The notes under the pieces are model-generated. The model did no database searches. It worked only from the letters and a program-made list of their open reading frames with translations, and was not told the origin of the DNA. 64,000 nt of DNA from Eledone cirrhosa. Taxonomy: Eukaryota. How positions within the stretch are numbered: position 1 is the stretch's first letter; each line of letters starts with the position of its first letter. Shown piece after piece: positions 53,276-63,571 of this stretch. Location: NCBI GenBank assembly GCA_964016885.1, contig OZ024742.1:253580001-253644000 (forward strand), in the 5' to 3' direction. Position numbers and translations under genes: made by a program.

Positions 53276-56200
53276 TCATCATCATCATCATCATCAACGT
53301 TTAACGTCCGTGTTCCACGCTTGCATGGGTTTGGACGGGGGTAGTCCCACTTGAGGCAAGAGTGATTGTCTTGCTCGCATAGGACTGTCTGGCAGGTTTT
53401 CTACAGTTGGATGCCCTTCCTAACACCAACCACATTTACAGTGTGGGTCTGGGAGGTTTTTACCGTGTTGCCTACACGGCCACATTACAGCGTGGACTGT
53501 GTGTTTTTTTGTCGTGACACCTACACGATCTCATTTGTTTCGGCCTCGATGGCGCGGCACCAACATAACTTTACATAGAACGGGGTGGTGTGGATCGGGT
53601 GGGGGTGGTGGTGGTGGGACGGGGTGTATTTTGTTAGAGATGCCTACTGGCTGGAGTAGGTTTTACTATATATTTAGGTAAGGCGGGTCTTCTCTGTTAC
53701 TGAGTACCGCCAAAGGTCTCGGTCCAGTGACATTGTCTTGGAGAGGTGTAAGTGTGTGATGTCGGAGTTTATCAGCTCGTCCCAGGTTTTTCTAGGTCTG
53801 CCTATTCCGTGACTACCGTCTATCTTTATTGCCCTGCACTTTGTTATACAGCTATCGACTTTCATGCGCATCACGTGTCCATACCAACGTAGTCTTCTCT
53901 CGAGTAAACAACATCTGATCCCTCTTATCTCTAATTTTTTCCTTAGTTCGTTTATGCTTTGCCGTTCACGTATATTACTGTTACACATCCAGCGGAGCAT
54001 GCAAGCTTCGTTCCTCTCTAGTCTGCGTATATCCTCTGCACACAATGCCCAGGTCTCACTGCCATGCAGCATTGCTGTTCGTATGCAGGCATCGTACAAC
54101 CTGCCTTTCATTTTTAGTGAGAACCCTTTAGCAGCTAATAGTGGTATAAGCTCTCTGAACTTTTTCCAACCAGTTCTGACTCTAGCTACAGTACTTTCAG
54201 AGCACCCTCCCCCACTGCTGATTTTATCGCCCAGGTAACGGAAGCTGTCCACTATTTCTATAGAACCCTCTGCGCAATTGAAAGAGCTAGTAGTTTGTGG
54301 GCACTTGCTGCTACTTATTGCACCAGAGCACCGGCCACATGTAAAATCTATGTTCTTAGTTAGCTTACCTGTGATCCCACTACATCTTTTATGCACCCAT
54401 ACTTTGCATTTAGGACATAAAATGGAGTTTCTACCTACGCCTTTCCTACACACCGAGCACGACCATTTCCCAGAAGGGACCGCCGCCTTGTTTTCTTTCC
54501 TACAAACTAGTACTTTGGTCTTAGCCAGGTTAATTTTAAGTCCTTTTGACTCTAGGCCGTGCTTCCATGTTTGGAATTTCTTCTCTAGCTCGGCCATTGA
54601 TTCCGCTATGAGTGTCAGGTCGTCTGCGTATAGGAGTTCCCATGGGCAGCCTGTCTTGAACTCCTCTGTTATAGCCTGAAGGGCAATAATAAATAGTAGT
54701 GGACTGAGAACAGAGCCCTGATGGACGCCAACTTTTACGCTAAACTCTTCACTATATTCGTTGTTAATTCTAACCTTGCTGACTGTTTCTTTATACATGG
54801 CTTGTATAGCCCTCACAAGCCATTCGTCAACGCCTAGTTTTCTAAGAGCCCACCAGATAATGGAGCGGGGGACTCTGTCGAAGGCTTTCTCCAAGTCGAC
54901 AAAAGCTAAGTAGAGGGGTTTACCTTTAGCTAGGTACTTCTCCTGTAGTTGTCGTACTATGAAAAGAGCGTCTGTGGTACTTTTGCCTGACACAAACCCG
55001 AACTGCATTTCATCTAGGTCAATTCTCTCTCTGATTAGTTGCGCTATTACTCTTTCCGTGACCTTCATGACCTGGTCGATTAATTTAATGCCTCTATAGT
55101 TACTCCTATCTAGGGCGTCTCCTTTACCCTTATAACAGTTAACGATGATGCTGCTATGCCAGTCCTTCGGAACAACCCCATTCTGTACGACTTGGTTAAC
55201 TATGCGGGTGACCATGGTGTGTCCCACCGTGCCAGATGCCTTCAGCATCTCAGCAACTATTTCCGAAGGCCCAGCCGCCTTACCAGTCTTCATATCCTTG
55301 ATTGCCTTACTTATTATACTCCCCTCGACTAACACTGCTGGTCCCTCTATTGGGTCGATATGGGGGAGACTGCCTTTCTCCCAATTATTCTCCTCATTTA
55401 GAAGCCTTTCATAGTGACACTTCCAAGCTACCTTCTTATCAGCGTCGGTGATGGCAAGTGTGCCATCGTCGTTTAGTACACACTTCTCCCCGACAATATC
55501 ACGGTTTTCCTTGACGCATTGCCTAGCAATCCTGAACACCTCACGTTTTTGGTCATCGCGTTGTAGAACATGCTTGAACTTTCTTTCCTCAGCTTCCCTT
55601 CTTGCTAAGTACACTTGTCTCCTAGCTTCCCTCCTGGCCACTTGATAGTCCTCTCTACTTCCCCCATCCCGCCATACTTTCCAAGCCTGCTTTTTGGCCT
55701 TAATTGACCCCTCCACCTTACTGTTCCACCACCATGTTACTCTCCTCCTGCCTACAGGCCTGCTCCAGCCACAGACCTCGTCTGTCGCCAACAGCAGGTT
55801 TGCTTTCAGAAATTCCCACTCTCCCTCTATATTGTCCGACTCTAAATGTTCTTCCTTACTGTCGAAAGCATCAAGTAATATGCTTTGAAATTTATTCCTG
55901 GCTGTGGGGTCCTTTAGCTTCCATATTTTCCTCCTGAGGATAGTCCTCTTCTGTTGTCGAGTACGTCTCGTCCTGACTATGAGGTCGCTAATTATCAGTC
56001 TATGTTGGGAGGTGCATTCTTCATGGGGGAGAGATTTAGTGTTAACAACAGACACTCTGTCACGTCTTCTGGTAAGGATATAATCTACCTGGCTTGTGTG
56101 TTCCCCGGATCTATAGGTGATCAGGTGATTGTCACGTTTTTTGAAGTTAGTGTTACAGATAGTTAGGTTATTTGCATCACAGAATTCCAGGATTCTGGAG

Positions 56201-57010
56201 CCTTCCTCATTTCTAGTACCAAACCCATAGCCTCCATGGATTTCGTCGTAGCCGTCACAATGTTGTCCAACGTGACCATTTAGGTCGCCTGCGATAATTA
56301 TATAGTCACTGTCGGATATTTGGGAGGTAGTTAGCATCAGTGTCTCATAGAATCTGTCTTTTATAGTGCCGGGCAGTCCGGATTGGGGTGCGTACGCAGA
56401 TATTACTGTCACCGTAGTTCTATTGAGGACAAGTCGTATTTTAATTATTCTGTCGTTCACTCTATTTACGTCTATTATCTTATCTGCCCACTTTTCTGCT
56501 ACCATGATTCCTACTCCACCCAGCCCATCGTCGTTTCCCACCCAGAAAAGCTTATAACATCGTTTTTTACCCTCAATGAACCTAGCAGACCCACCCCTCC
56601 ACCTGGTCTCTTGAATACAACAAACATCGACCTCCTTACGTTCAAGCATTTCTACAACCTCGTTAGCGCGACCCTTTAGGGTGCCTACATTTATGGTACC
56701 AACTCTGAAGTTTTGGATTGCGTTTGGGGGTTGGGGGCGGTGAGGGGCGGGGGGCGATGGGGTTATGTTAGCCGTCCGCGGTCGAAACAATGAGGAGTGC
56801 TCGCATTCTCGTCCAAGGGGTGAATTTGTCTTTATCTTTGGCATTGTCGCTGAGCGTCCAGATTTTTCTCTCTCACCTCCACTCTCCAGGATTCCGCAGT
56901 CCATCCATCCATCATATATCGTATATCGAAAGGCAACCAGGCAAGCGATAGTATAGGCCTCTGGTTTCTGATTGGTCCGCGTAATAATACTGGTGATGCG
57001 TGGGGGCTCT
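53276..57010 (-). mobile_element. Apparently full-length RTE-clade LINE (RTE-a), about 3.7 kb
   Basis: Single intact ORF, short 5' region, ~380-nt 3' UTR and (GAT)n tail; (TA)n on both sides. Confidence 0.93.
53674..56904 (-). CDS. RTE polyprotein: APE endonuclease, reverse transcriptase and embedded PHD-type finger (1076 aa; true start may be the downstream MPKIK)
   Basis: APE: TINVGTL, CIQETRW, SAYAPQ, GDLNGHVG, VDYIL, SQH. RT: KGKGD..NYRGI, QFGF, FVDLEKAFD, GVHQGSVLSP, LLYADD, FRYLG. No stops or frameshifts. Confidence 0.95.
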   Translation of the reverse strand: MDCGILESGGEREKSGRSATMPKIKTNSPLGRECEHSSLFRPRTANITPSPPAPHRPQPPNAIQNFRVGTINVGTLKGRANEVVEMLERKEVDVCCIQETRWRGGSARFIEGKKRCYKLFWVGNDDGLGGVGIMVAEKWADKIIDVNRVNDRIIKIRLVLNRTTVTVISAYAPQSGLPGTIKDRFYETLMLTTSQISDSDYIIIAGDLNGHVGQHCDGYDEIHGGYGFGTRNEEGSRILEFCDANNLTICNTNFKKRDNHLITYRSGEHTSQVDYILTRRRDRVSVVNTKSLPHEECTSQHRLIISDLIVRTRRTRQQKRTILRRKIWKLKDPTARNKFQSILLDAFDSKEEHLESDNIEGEWEFLKANLLLATDEVCGWSRPVGRRRVTWWWNSKVEGSIKAKKQAWKVWRDGGSREDYQVARREARRQVYLARREAEERKFKHVLQRDDQKREVFRIARQCVKENRDIVGEKCVLNDDGTLAITDADKKVAWKCHYERLLNEENNWEKGSLPHIDPIEGPAVLVEGSIISKAIKDMKTGKAAGPSEIVAEMLKASGTVGHTMVTRIVNQVVQNGVVPKDWHSSIIVNCYKGKGDALDRSNYRGIKLIDQVMKVTERVIAQLIRERIDLDEMQFGFVSGKSTTDALFIVRQLQEKYLAKGKPLYLAFVDLEKAFDRVPRSIIWWALRKLGVDEWLVRAIQAMYKETVSKVRINNEYSEEFSVKVGVHQGSVLSPLLFIIALQAITEEFKTGCPWELLYADDLTLIAESMAELEKKFQTWKHGLESKGLKINLAKTKVLVCRKENKAAVPSGKWSCSVCRKGVGRNSILCPKCKVWVHKRCSGITGKLTKNIDFTCGRCSGAISSSKCPQTTSSFNCAEGSIEIVDSFRYLGDKISSGGGCSESTVARVRTGWKKFRELIPLLAAKGFSLKMKGRLYDACIRTAMLHGSETWALCAEDIRRLERNEACMLRWMCNSNIRERQSINELRKKLEIRGIRCCLLERRLRWYGHVMRMKVDSCITKCRAIKIDGSHGIGRPRKTWDELINSDITHLHLSKTMSLDRDLWRYSVTEKTRLT

Positions 57011-57331
57011 GTATATATATATATATATTTACTTCAATGTTTACATATTGGAGGCTCATTCTTTAGTGACTACAATCCCACACAAAGCCAACAGAAGGTA
57101 TATATATCTTATTATATAAAATATATAAAACACATGGCAAAATGGCATACTCCTTCCTATGTACTCAGAGTTTCCCAGAGCAAGCTGCTCTTATTGCTGC
57201 TTCGTTCAACTTTCCATTATTACTGACATATGAAGCAGTAATAACATCAGCTTGCCTCAGGAAATTCTAAGTATCTATGAAAATATGTGCCAGTTTGCTA
57301 TGTGTTTTATACCATATATATATATATATAC

Positions 57332-57406
<75 letters not shown>

Positions 57407-57427
57407 TTGGTGCTCTGAAAGAGTGAT

Positions 57428-57767
57428 GTATATGTGAATGTATATATAGTGTATTTGGTAATACACTGTATGCTTAATTAAAAGCATGTTGAAGACCTTA
57501 CGCTATTGTTTTAAAGTAGTGACTATGTCACTTACTTCTTTTTTCAGGAATCCAACATTCATAATTTTCAACAGGCAAAGGGAGTGCTAAGCTCTGAGGA
57601 ATACCAACAGTATGAAACAGAGATCTGTCAGCTTATCTCCCTTTGTTTATTGAAAAGAGAAGTAAGTGACATAGTTACTACTTTAAAACAGTAGCGTAAG
57701 GTCTTCAAAATGCTTTTAATTAAACATACAGTGTATTGCAAAATACACTATATATACATTCATATAT
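57428..57767. repeat. ~340-bp fold-back element (arms ~57428-57546 and ~57651-57767) enclosing a hammerhead
   Basis: Arms are near-perfect reverse complements; flanked by (TA)n. Confidence 0.9.
57588..57635 (+). ncRNA. Type I hammerhead ribozyme, fully canonical; predicted cleavage after C57629
   Basis: TAAGCT-CTGAGGA-ATAC(CAACA)GTAT-GAAA-CAG(AGAT)CTG-TC-AGCTTA; stem I extends via 57565-57584 pairing with 57637-57656. Confidence 0.9.
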
Positions 57768-57779
57768 ATATATATAACG

Positions 57780-57910
57780 AAGAAGGTGTGGTAAGGAACC
57801 AGATGGACCATAATGTACCAGAGTACTTAATACTTAGGGTAGTAAAGTGGGTAATAGGAAAATGTTAGACCCCTTCGGCAGAGCTCAAGCCGTTTCGACG
57901 GCTATTTCTG
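57780..57910 (-). repeat. Dispersed short repeat family (also ~1973-2045, ~27265-27292, ~60960-61095), possibly a Penelope-like terminus
   Basis: Shared CTACTACCCTAAGTATTGAGTACTCTGGTGCGTTATGGTCCA.CTGGT..CTTACCACA, ending at (TA)n. Confidence 0.6.
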
Positions 57911-57924
57911 TATATATATATATA

Positions 57925-58250
57925 TCATCATCATCATCATTTTATGTCCGCTTTTCCCTGTTTGCAAGGGTTGGATGGGAATTGATTCTGGCTTGATTTC
58001 TACAGCTGGATGCCCTTCCTAACACCAACCTTATTTACAGTGAGTGGTGGGTGCTCTTTTTGCCGTGGCACTTCCACGACCACTTTGCAGTGGAATGATA
58101 TGGACCCCAGTCACTATCATCTCATTTCTACAGCTTATGTGAAATAAAGTGTCTTGCTCAAGGTAACAACACATCACCCAGTCTGTGAATTGAACTCACA
58201 ACCTTTCGATTGCAAGGCCAATGCTCTAACCACTAAGCCATGTGCCTCCA
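57925..58250 (-). mobile_element. Full-length CORE-SINE family A
   Basis: Head to (GAT)n tail present; inserted in (TA)n. Confidence 0.88.
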
Positions 58251-58261
58251 TATATATATAT

Positions 58262-58738
58262 AGCCTATTTGTTCATCTACTACCACCAACCCTAAGGATT
58301 TATACTGCCCCTTTTCATTCTTAACAATGGTCAATTTCAACCTGGTTATAAAACCTTACTTATTCATATGTATGTTTTTTTTGTATTCTTCAATAAACAA
58401 AACTCATTATTTCTGAAGACGGCTGGTAGTGAAGACGTATGTATTTTTTTCTCACTATGATATTTTGTAATATGTTTTACATAGATCAATAATTGAATGA
58501 ACATACAGAGGACTACCCCCCAGAAACGATCGTAAAATAATGTGTTTTACTATGAATTAACAGTTTTGTGTTTAATTTCATTGTTTTAATATTTCTATTT
58601 TGACTCTGTATCCAATTGAATTATATCGTTGATAAAAATTTTGTATTTTAAACTTTGCTTCACAACATCTTCTACATACGGATTACATTGAGTTCTTTAT
58701 ATGGTTTAGACCCTACCGTTGAGTGGTAGATTTATCTC

Positions 58739-58779
<41 letters not shown>

Positions 58780-59220
58780 ATGCTTTGGGAGGGTCATGTT
58801 GCCAATAAGAAACACAAGCACAAGTTGCTTTCACTCCAATTTATCAGAAATAATGAGTTTTGTTTATTGAAGAATACAATAAAAACATACATATGAATAA
58901 GTAAGGTTTTATAACCAGGTTGAAATTGACCATTGTTAAGAATGGAAAGGGGCAGTATAAATCCTTAAGGTTGGTGGTAGTAGATGAATAAATAGGCCAT
59001 CAGTGGATAAGGTATCAAATGTCTTTTAAGAAAAGAAATGAAAGTTGTTAGTGTAAATGAGTTTAGGCATATTGTATATAAAAGTATTGATGGTCAAAGA
59101 AGATTACGGTTGGAGGAGAAGGGGTACTGAGATTAGTACATCAAGTAGAATGGAATAGAACAATCTTAAAAAGTTAGTTATTTCTTTGTTGGAAGGAATA
59201 ATTTGTTCTAAAAATATATA
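58262..59220. mobile_element. Penelope-like pseudo-LTR relic with inverted copy (58262-58416 versus 58843-58998)
   Basis: ~155-bp near-perfect inverted repeat ending exactly at the hammerhead core TTTCTGA; related tandem copies at 62835-63284. Confidence 0.65.
58405..58542 (+). ncRNA. Type I hammerhead ribozyme with ~100-nt stem II region
   Basis: CATTATTT-CTGAAGA-CGGCTGGTAGT..ACTACCCCCCA-GAAA-CGATCG-TA-AAATAATG; 8-bp stem I; palindromic stem III; stem II closing pair is mismatched. Confidence 0.75.
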
Positions 59221-59760
59221 ATATAAAAAAAATATATATATATACACATGTATAGTTACACATGTTTATATATAGGCATACATTTATGCATATACATACA
59301 TATACACACACAGATATACATATTCACACACACCTATACTCACACATTTATTCACCTATATCTTTTTCTATATTTGTTTAGTTGTATTTATAATATTTGA
59401 ATGCCCTTCTAATTTTATTGTTACATACTAAAATTAATTCTTGTCTTTTATTTAATAGAGTGTCCTTCGATTTAGTAATTTCAAAAATTTCTTGGGAACA
59501 TAGTCCGCACTCCCTTCTATTGCCCTGATAAGAAAGAGTTCACTTAAGAATCTTCCAAGTTAGGTTATATTTAATATTCTTCGTTTTACAATTATTAACT
59601 GCTTCTGCTAAAGAAGTGGGATTTGCTAATTTTGTGTTTCGGAAACTGTGGGTGTGTGCATAAAATCACGATTTAAATGGATTAGAAGTGGATCCTATAT
59701 AGGATTGATTAGAGTCTTTAGTGGTGATTACACATTTATATACTATATTATTAATATAGT

Positions 59761-60087
59761 AGGAGGCTTAGTGGTTAGAGCATTGGCCTTGCAATATAAA
59801 GGTTGTGAGTTCAATTCTCAGACCGGGTGATGTGTTGTTTCCTTGAGCAAGACACTTTATTTCACATTGCTCCAGTTTACTCAGCTGTAGAAATGAGATG
59901 ATAGGGACTGGGGTCCATATCATTCCATTGCAAAGTGGTCGTGGAGGTGCCACGGCAAAAAAGCAACCAGCACTCACTGTAAATGAGGTTGGTGTTAGGA
60001 AGGGCATCCAGCTGTAGAAATCAAGCCAGAATCAGTTCCCAACCACCTTTGCAAGCAGGGAAAAGCGGACGTAAAATGATGATGATA
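59761..60087 (+). mobile_element. CORE-SINE family A
   Basis: Consensus match. Confidence 0.88.
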
Positions 60088-60099
60088 TGTAATATATAT

Positions 60100-60652
60100 A
60101 TCATCATCATCATCATCATCATCATCATTTTACGTCCGCTTTTCCCTGCTTGCAAGGGTTGGACGGGTCCTATTCAGCACAGCATCTCTCCACTTGTCAT
60201 GGTCCTTCGTCATCTCCTCGGTGAGTTTCAGCGATCTGAGGTCTGCTCTCATTACCTCCGCCCATGTTTTACGTGGTCTACCTGTACTGCGTCTTCCATC
60301 TACCGGGATTTCTTGGCACTTCTTTACCCAGCGGTCATCCTCGATGCGCATCACATGTCCATACCATCTCAGCCTTCTCTTCTGCACACCACAACTTATC
60401 CCTCTTATACCCAGTTTCTTTCTCAACTCGTCTATGCTTGGTCGTTCACGTACATTGACATTGCACATCCAACGGAGCATACTTCCTTCATTTCTCTCCA
60501 GCCATCGCATATCCTCTGCAGTTGCTGCCCATGTCTCACTAACATGCAGCATCGCGCGTCTCACACAGGCATCATATAACCGTCCTTTCGTACGCAGCGA
60601 GAAACCCTTCTTTGTCAACAAAGGAAGCAGCTCACTAAACTTCTTCCAACCT
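60100..60652 (-). mobile_element. 5'-truncated young RTE of a second subfamily (RTE-b) with almost no 3' UTR
   Basis: Open frame GWKKFSELLPLL..LRWYGHVMR..GRPRKTW..RTRPTLASREKRT*, immediately followed by AAT(GAT)n. Confidence 0.9.
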
Positions 60653-60866
60653 GAGATGCGAGAAAAACCACAAACCCGCCAGCTCAACTCTACTTTTGAA
60701 AAGCACAAGAACTGCGAAACCGGTAAAGGAACCAAATAAATATATTTAAAAAAAAAAAGACTCCAGTTGCATTTTCGATTTCATCTTTTTTCCTTATATT
60801 TTCATTCGCGTAGGGCACCTCGTTTTTTTTTTTTTTCATTTTGTAAAAAACCTCACTATATATAGT

Positions 60867-61014
60867 AACAAGTAGGACCCCGACGGCTGAGCTCAAGCTG
60901 TTTCGACGGCTAATTCTGGACTAAAAAAAAAAAAATTTTTTTTTAAATTATTTTTTTTAGTCCAGAATTAGCCGTCGAAACGGTTTGAGCTCAACCGTCA
61001 GGGTCCTACTTGTT
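60867..61014. repeat. Fold-back inverted repeat (~63-bp arms, A/T spacer)
   Basis: AACAAGTAGGACCC..TTCTGGACTAAAAAAAA versus TTTTTTTTAGTCCAGAA..GGGTCCTACTTGTT. Confidence 0.85.
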
Positions 61015-61107
61015 CCTATTACCCACTCTACTACCCTAAGTATTGAGTACTTTGGTGCGTTATGGTCCATCTGGTTCCTTACCACATTTCCTTTGTTATA
61101 TATATAT

Positions 61108-61443
61108 AATCATTATCATTTTATTTTATGTCCGCTTTTTCCCTGGTTGCAAGGGTGGGACGGGAACTGATTCTGGCTTGATTTCTACAGCTGGATGCCC
61201 TTCCTAACACCAACCTCATTTACAGTGAGTGCTGGGTGCTTTTTTGCCGTGGCACCTCCATGACCACTTTGCAGTGGAATGATATGGACCCCAGTCCCTA
61301 TCACCTCATTTCTACAGCTGAGTAAACTGGAGCAATGTGAAATAAAGTGTCTTGCTCAAGGAAACAACACATCACCCGGTCTGAGAATTGAAATCACAAC
61401 CTTTCGATTGCAAGGCCAATGCTCTAACCACTAAGCCATGTGC

Positions 61444-61446
<3 letters not shown>
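61108..61446 (-). mobile_element. Full-length CORE-SINE family A
   Basis: Consensus match. Confidence 0.88.
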
Positions 61447-61538
<92 letters not shown>

Positions 61539-61962
61539 GGGCCACCCCTTATCAAAATAATAGATATGAATGTAGATTATGTTCCCAAGAACTTTTTGAA
61601 ATAATGAAATCTAAGGATATCCTATCAAATAAGCGACAGAAATTAATAATATCGTGTAATCACAAACTGAGAAAAACCTTTAAATATTATAAACCTAATT
61701 AATATACATCTTAGAAATTAATATATAAACTGTTTTTAATTTAGTTAACCTATAATTAATATTCTACTACTGATGAACTACATAATTTTACTTTCTTTCT
61801 TACAACTATCATTTCCTAAAACTGATACCATTAAGTAAACATATATAATGCTTTAATTTCAGGTTATGACTCTATGTTCCTTGAAATCTCTTTATTATAA
61901 ATTTAACTCCCCCCCCCCCCCCAATAATCATATGTATGTGTATGTGTATATATATATGTATA

Positions 61963-61995
<33 letters not shown>

Positions 61996-62392
61996 GTGTG
62001 TATGTGTATGTGTGTGTATATATATGTATATTCGGTGAAGTTGGCACCCTTAACTCACAGTTGGGTGCGGATGCATTCATGTATATATGTGTGTGTCCGC
62101 ATGTATCTGTGTGTTTCTAAATATATTGTTAATAACTCCCTCTGGTCGAGCAATCTTTGAGGTGTGGTTACAACTGGAAAGCTTCCATTACTCATACTTC
62201 TAGCCTTCTTCACCACCTCTTCTGCGGCCTCGATATGAATACCCCCTCCGCCTCTGTGGTATTTTCTTCGTGGTTATAAGAGGCTTAGCTCTGTTTCTCG
62301 ACCGTTATATCGCGTGACTATCTCCCCCTCCGCCTTTTGGGATTCTTTCTCACGTCGTGTAGACGCGTTCTTGAGACTAGTAAAATGAGGTA

Positions 62393-62482
62393 TCCTCTTG
62401 ATAAGTCGGCAGACCTCGCAGGGACTCTATATCTTTATGATATATTGTTTTTGTTTATGCCACGAAACTACGTAGTCGAGGA
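62393..62482 (+). ncRNA. Degenerate type I hammerhead ribozyme with long stem II
   Basis: TCCTC-[TTGATAA]-GT(C)GGCA..TGCCAC-GAAA-CTACGTAG-TC-GAGGA; two transitions in the CUGANGA box. Confidence 0.6.
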
Positions 62483-62554
62483 ATTTAGGAGCAGTTTAGG
62501 TATGATACATTTTATTACTAATTATATCTAAATGTTTCTTCTCTCTTCATAATG

Positions 62555-62585
<31 letters not shown>

Positions 62586-63284
62586 TTTATATTCTTTTAA
62601 TTCCCCCTCATCTTTAACAGCACTCTTCAACTACATCTAACCCTTATTTATCATATCTATATGCATTAGTATAATTTTATCAATATAAATATACCCATCA
62701 ATTAAATTAATTTATATTCTTTTCATAGATGTATTTTTTCACTAACACTCTTATCGTAAAATTTTAGTTTCCTTAGATATTAGCATTGGCATTACTATTT
62801 TATAACAGCAACTGTTCATATACTTTTTACTGACCTGACCTATTTTCACCCCTAAAATAACCTCATTCTTCATACTCCATTCAAAACTGAAACCTACCTT
62901 CATCTACCCCTAAAACAAACTTCAATTACTATTTTTTACCATTTGGCCAATTATTAACTTTCTATTGGTTAATTCTAAACCTGTTACCAAGCAGACAGAC
63001 TATATCAAATGTTTGTTGGTTTTATTCAATGAGCAAATATAATTATTTCTGAGGTCAGCATACGACCTATTTTCATCCCTAAAATAATCTTTCATTCATA
63101 ATATTCTTTTCCATCCAAAACTGAAATCTACCTTCCTCTACCCATAAATTAAGGTTCTTTTACTACTAGATCACTATCTTGACCCTCACTATCTTTCTAT
63201 TGGTCAATTCAAAATCCTGTTCCCAAACAGACCTATTGTATTAAATCTTTGTTTTTTTCAATAAACAAATATCATTATTTCTGA

Positions 63285-63470
63285 CGGTGGACTGGCAGTA
63301 TCGGTAGAGGGTCTGACGCCATGCTTTGCAGCAAAGAGTTACGCCCCTTTATGGTTTGAGTTCAAATCCCGCCGAGGTTAACTTTGCCTTTCATCCTTAC
63401 GGGGTCGATAAAATAAAGTACCAGTAATGCACTGGATAATTGCTGGCCTTGTGCCAAAAGTAGAAACAAT
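63285..63470 (+). mobile_element. Family-B SINE with an 11-bp TSD
   Basis: TSD ATTATTTCTGA at 63274-63284 and 63469-63479. Confidence 0.9.
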
Positions 63471-63571
63471 TATTTCTGAAGACAGCATATATATGTGTAG
63501 GTATGTATATTCCCTCTGATAGTTTGTATAAATATTGTATAAATATTGTATAAATATTGTACATTATTGTA

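Noticed and set aside
53864-56956. Plus-strand ORFs overlapping the RTE, and similar antisense ORFs over the CR1-like and RTE-b copies
   Set aside because: Antisense shadows of retroelement coding sequence
59520-59665. CTGATAA..TTTCGGAAAC possible long-stem-II hammerhead
   Set aside because: Core is mutated and stems I and III are unconvincing
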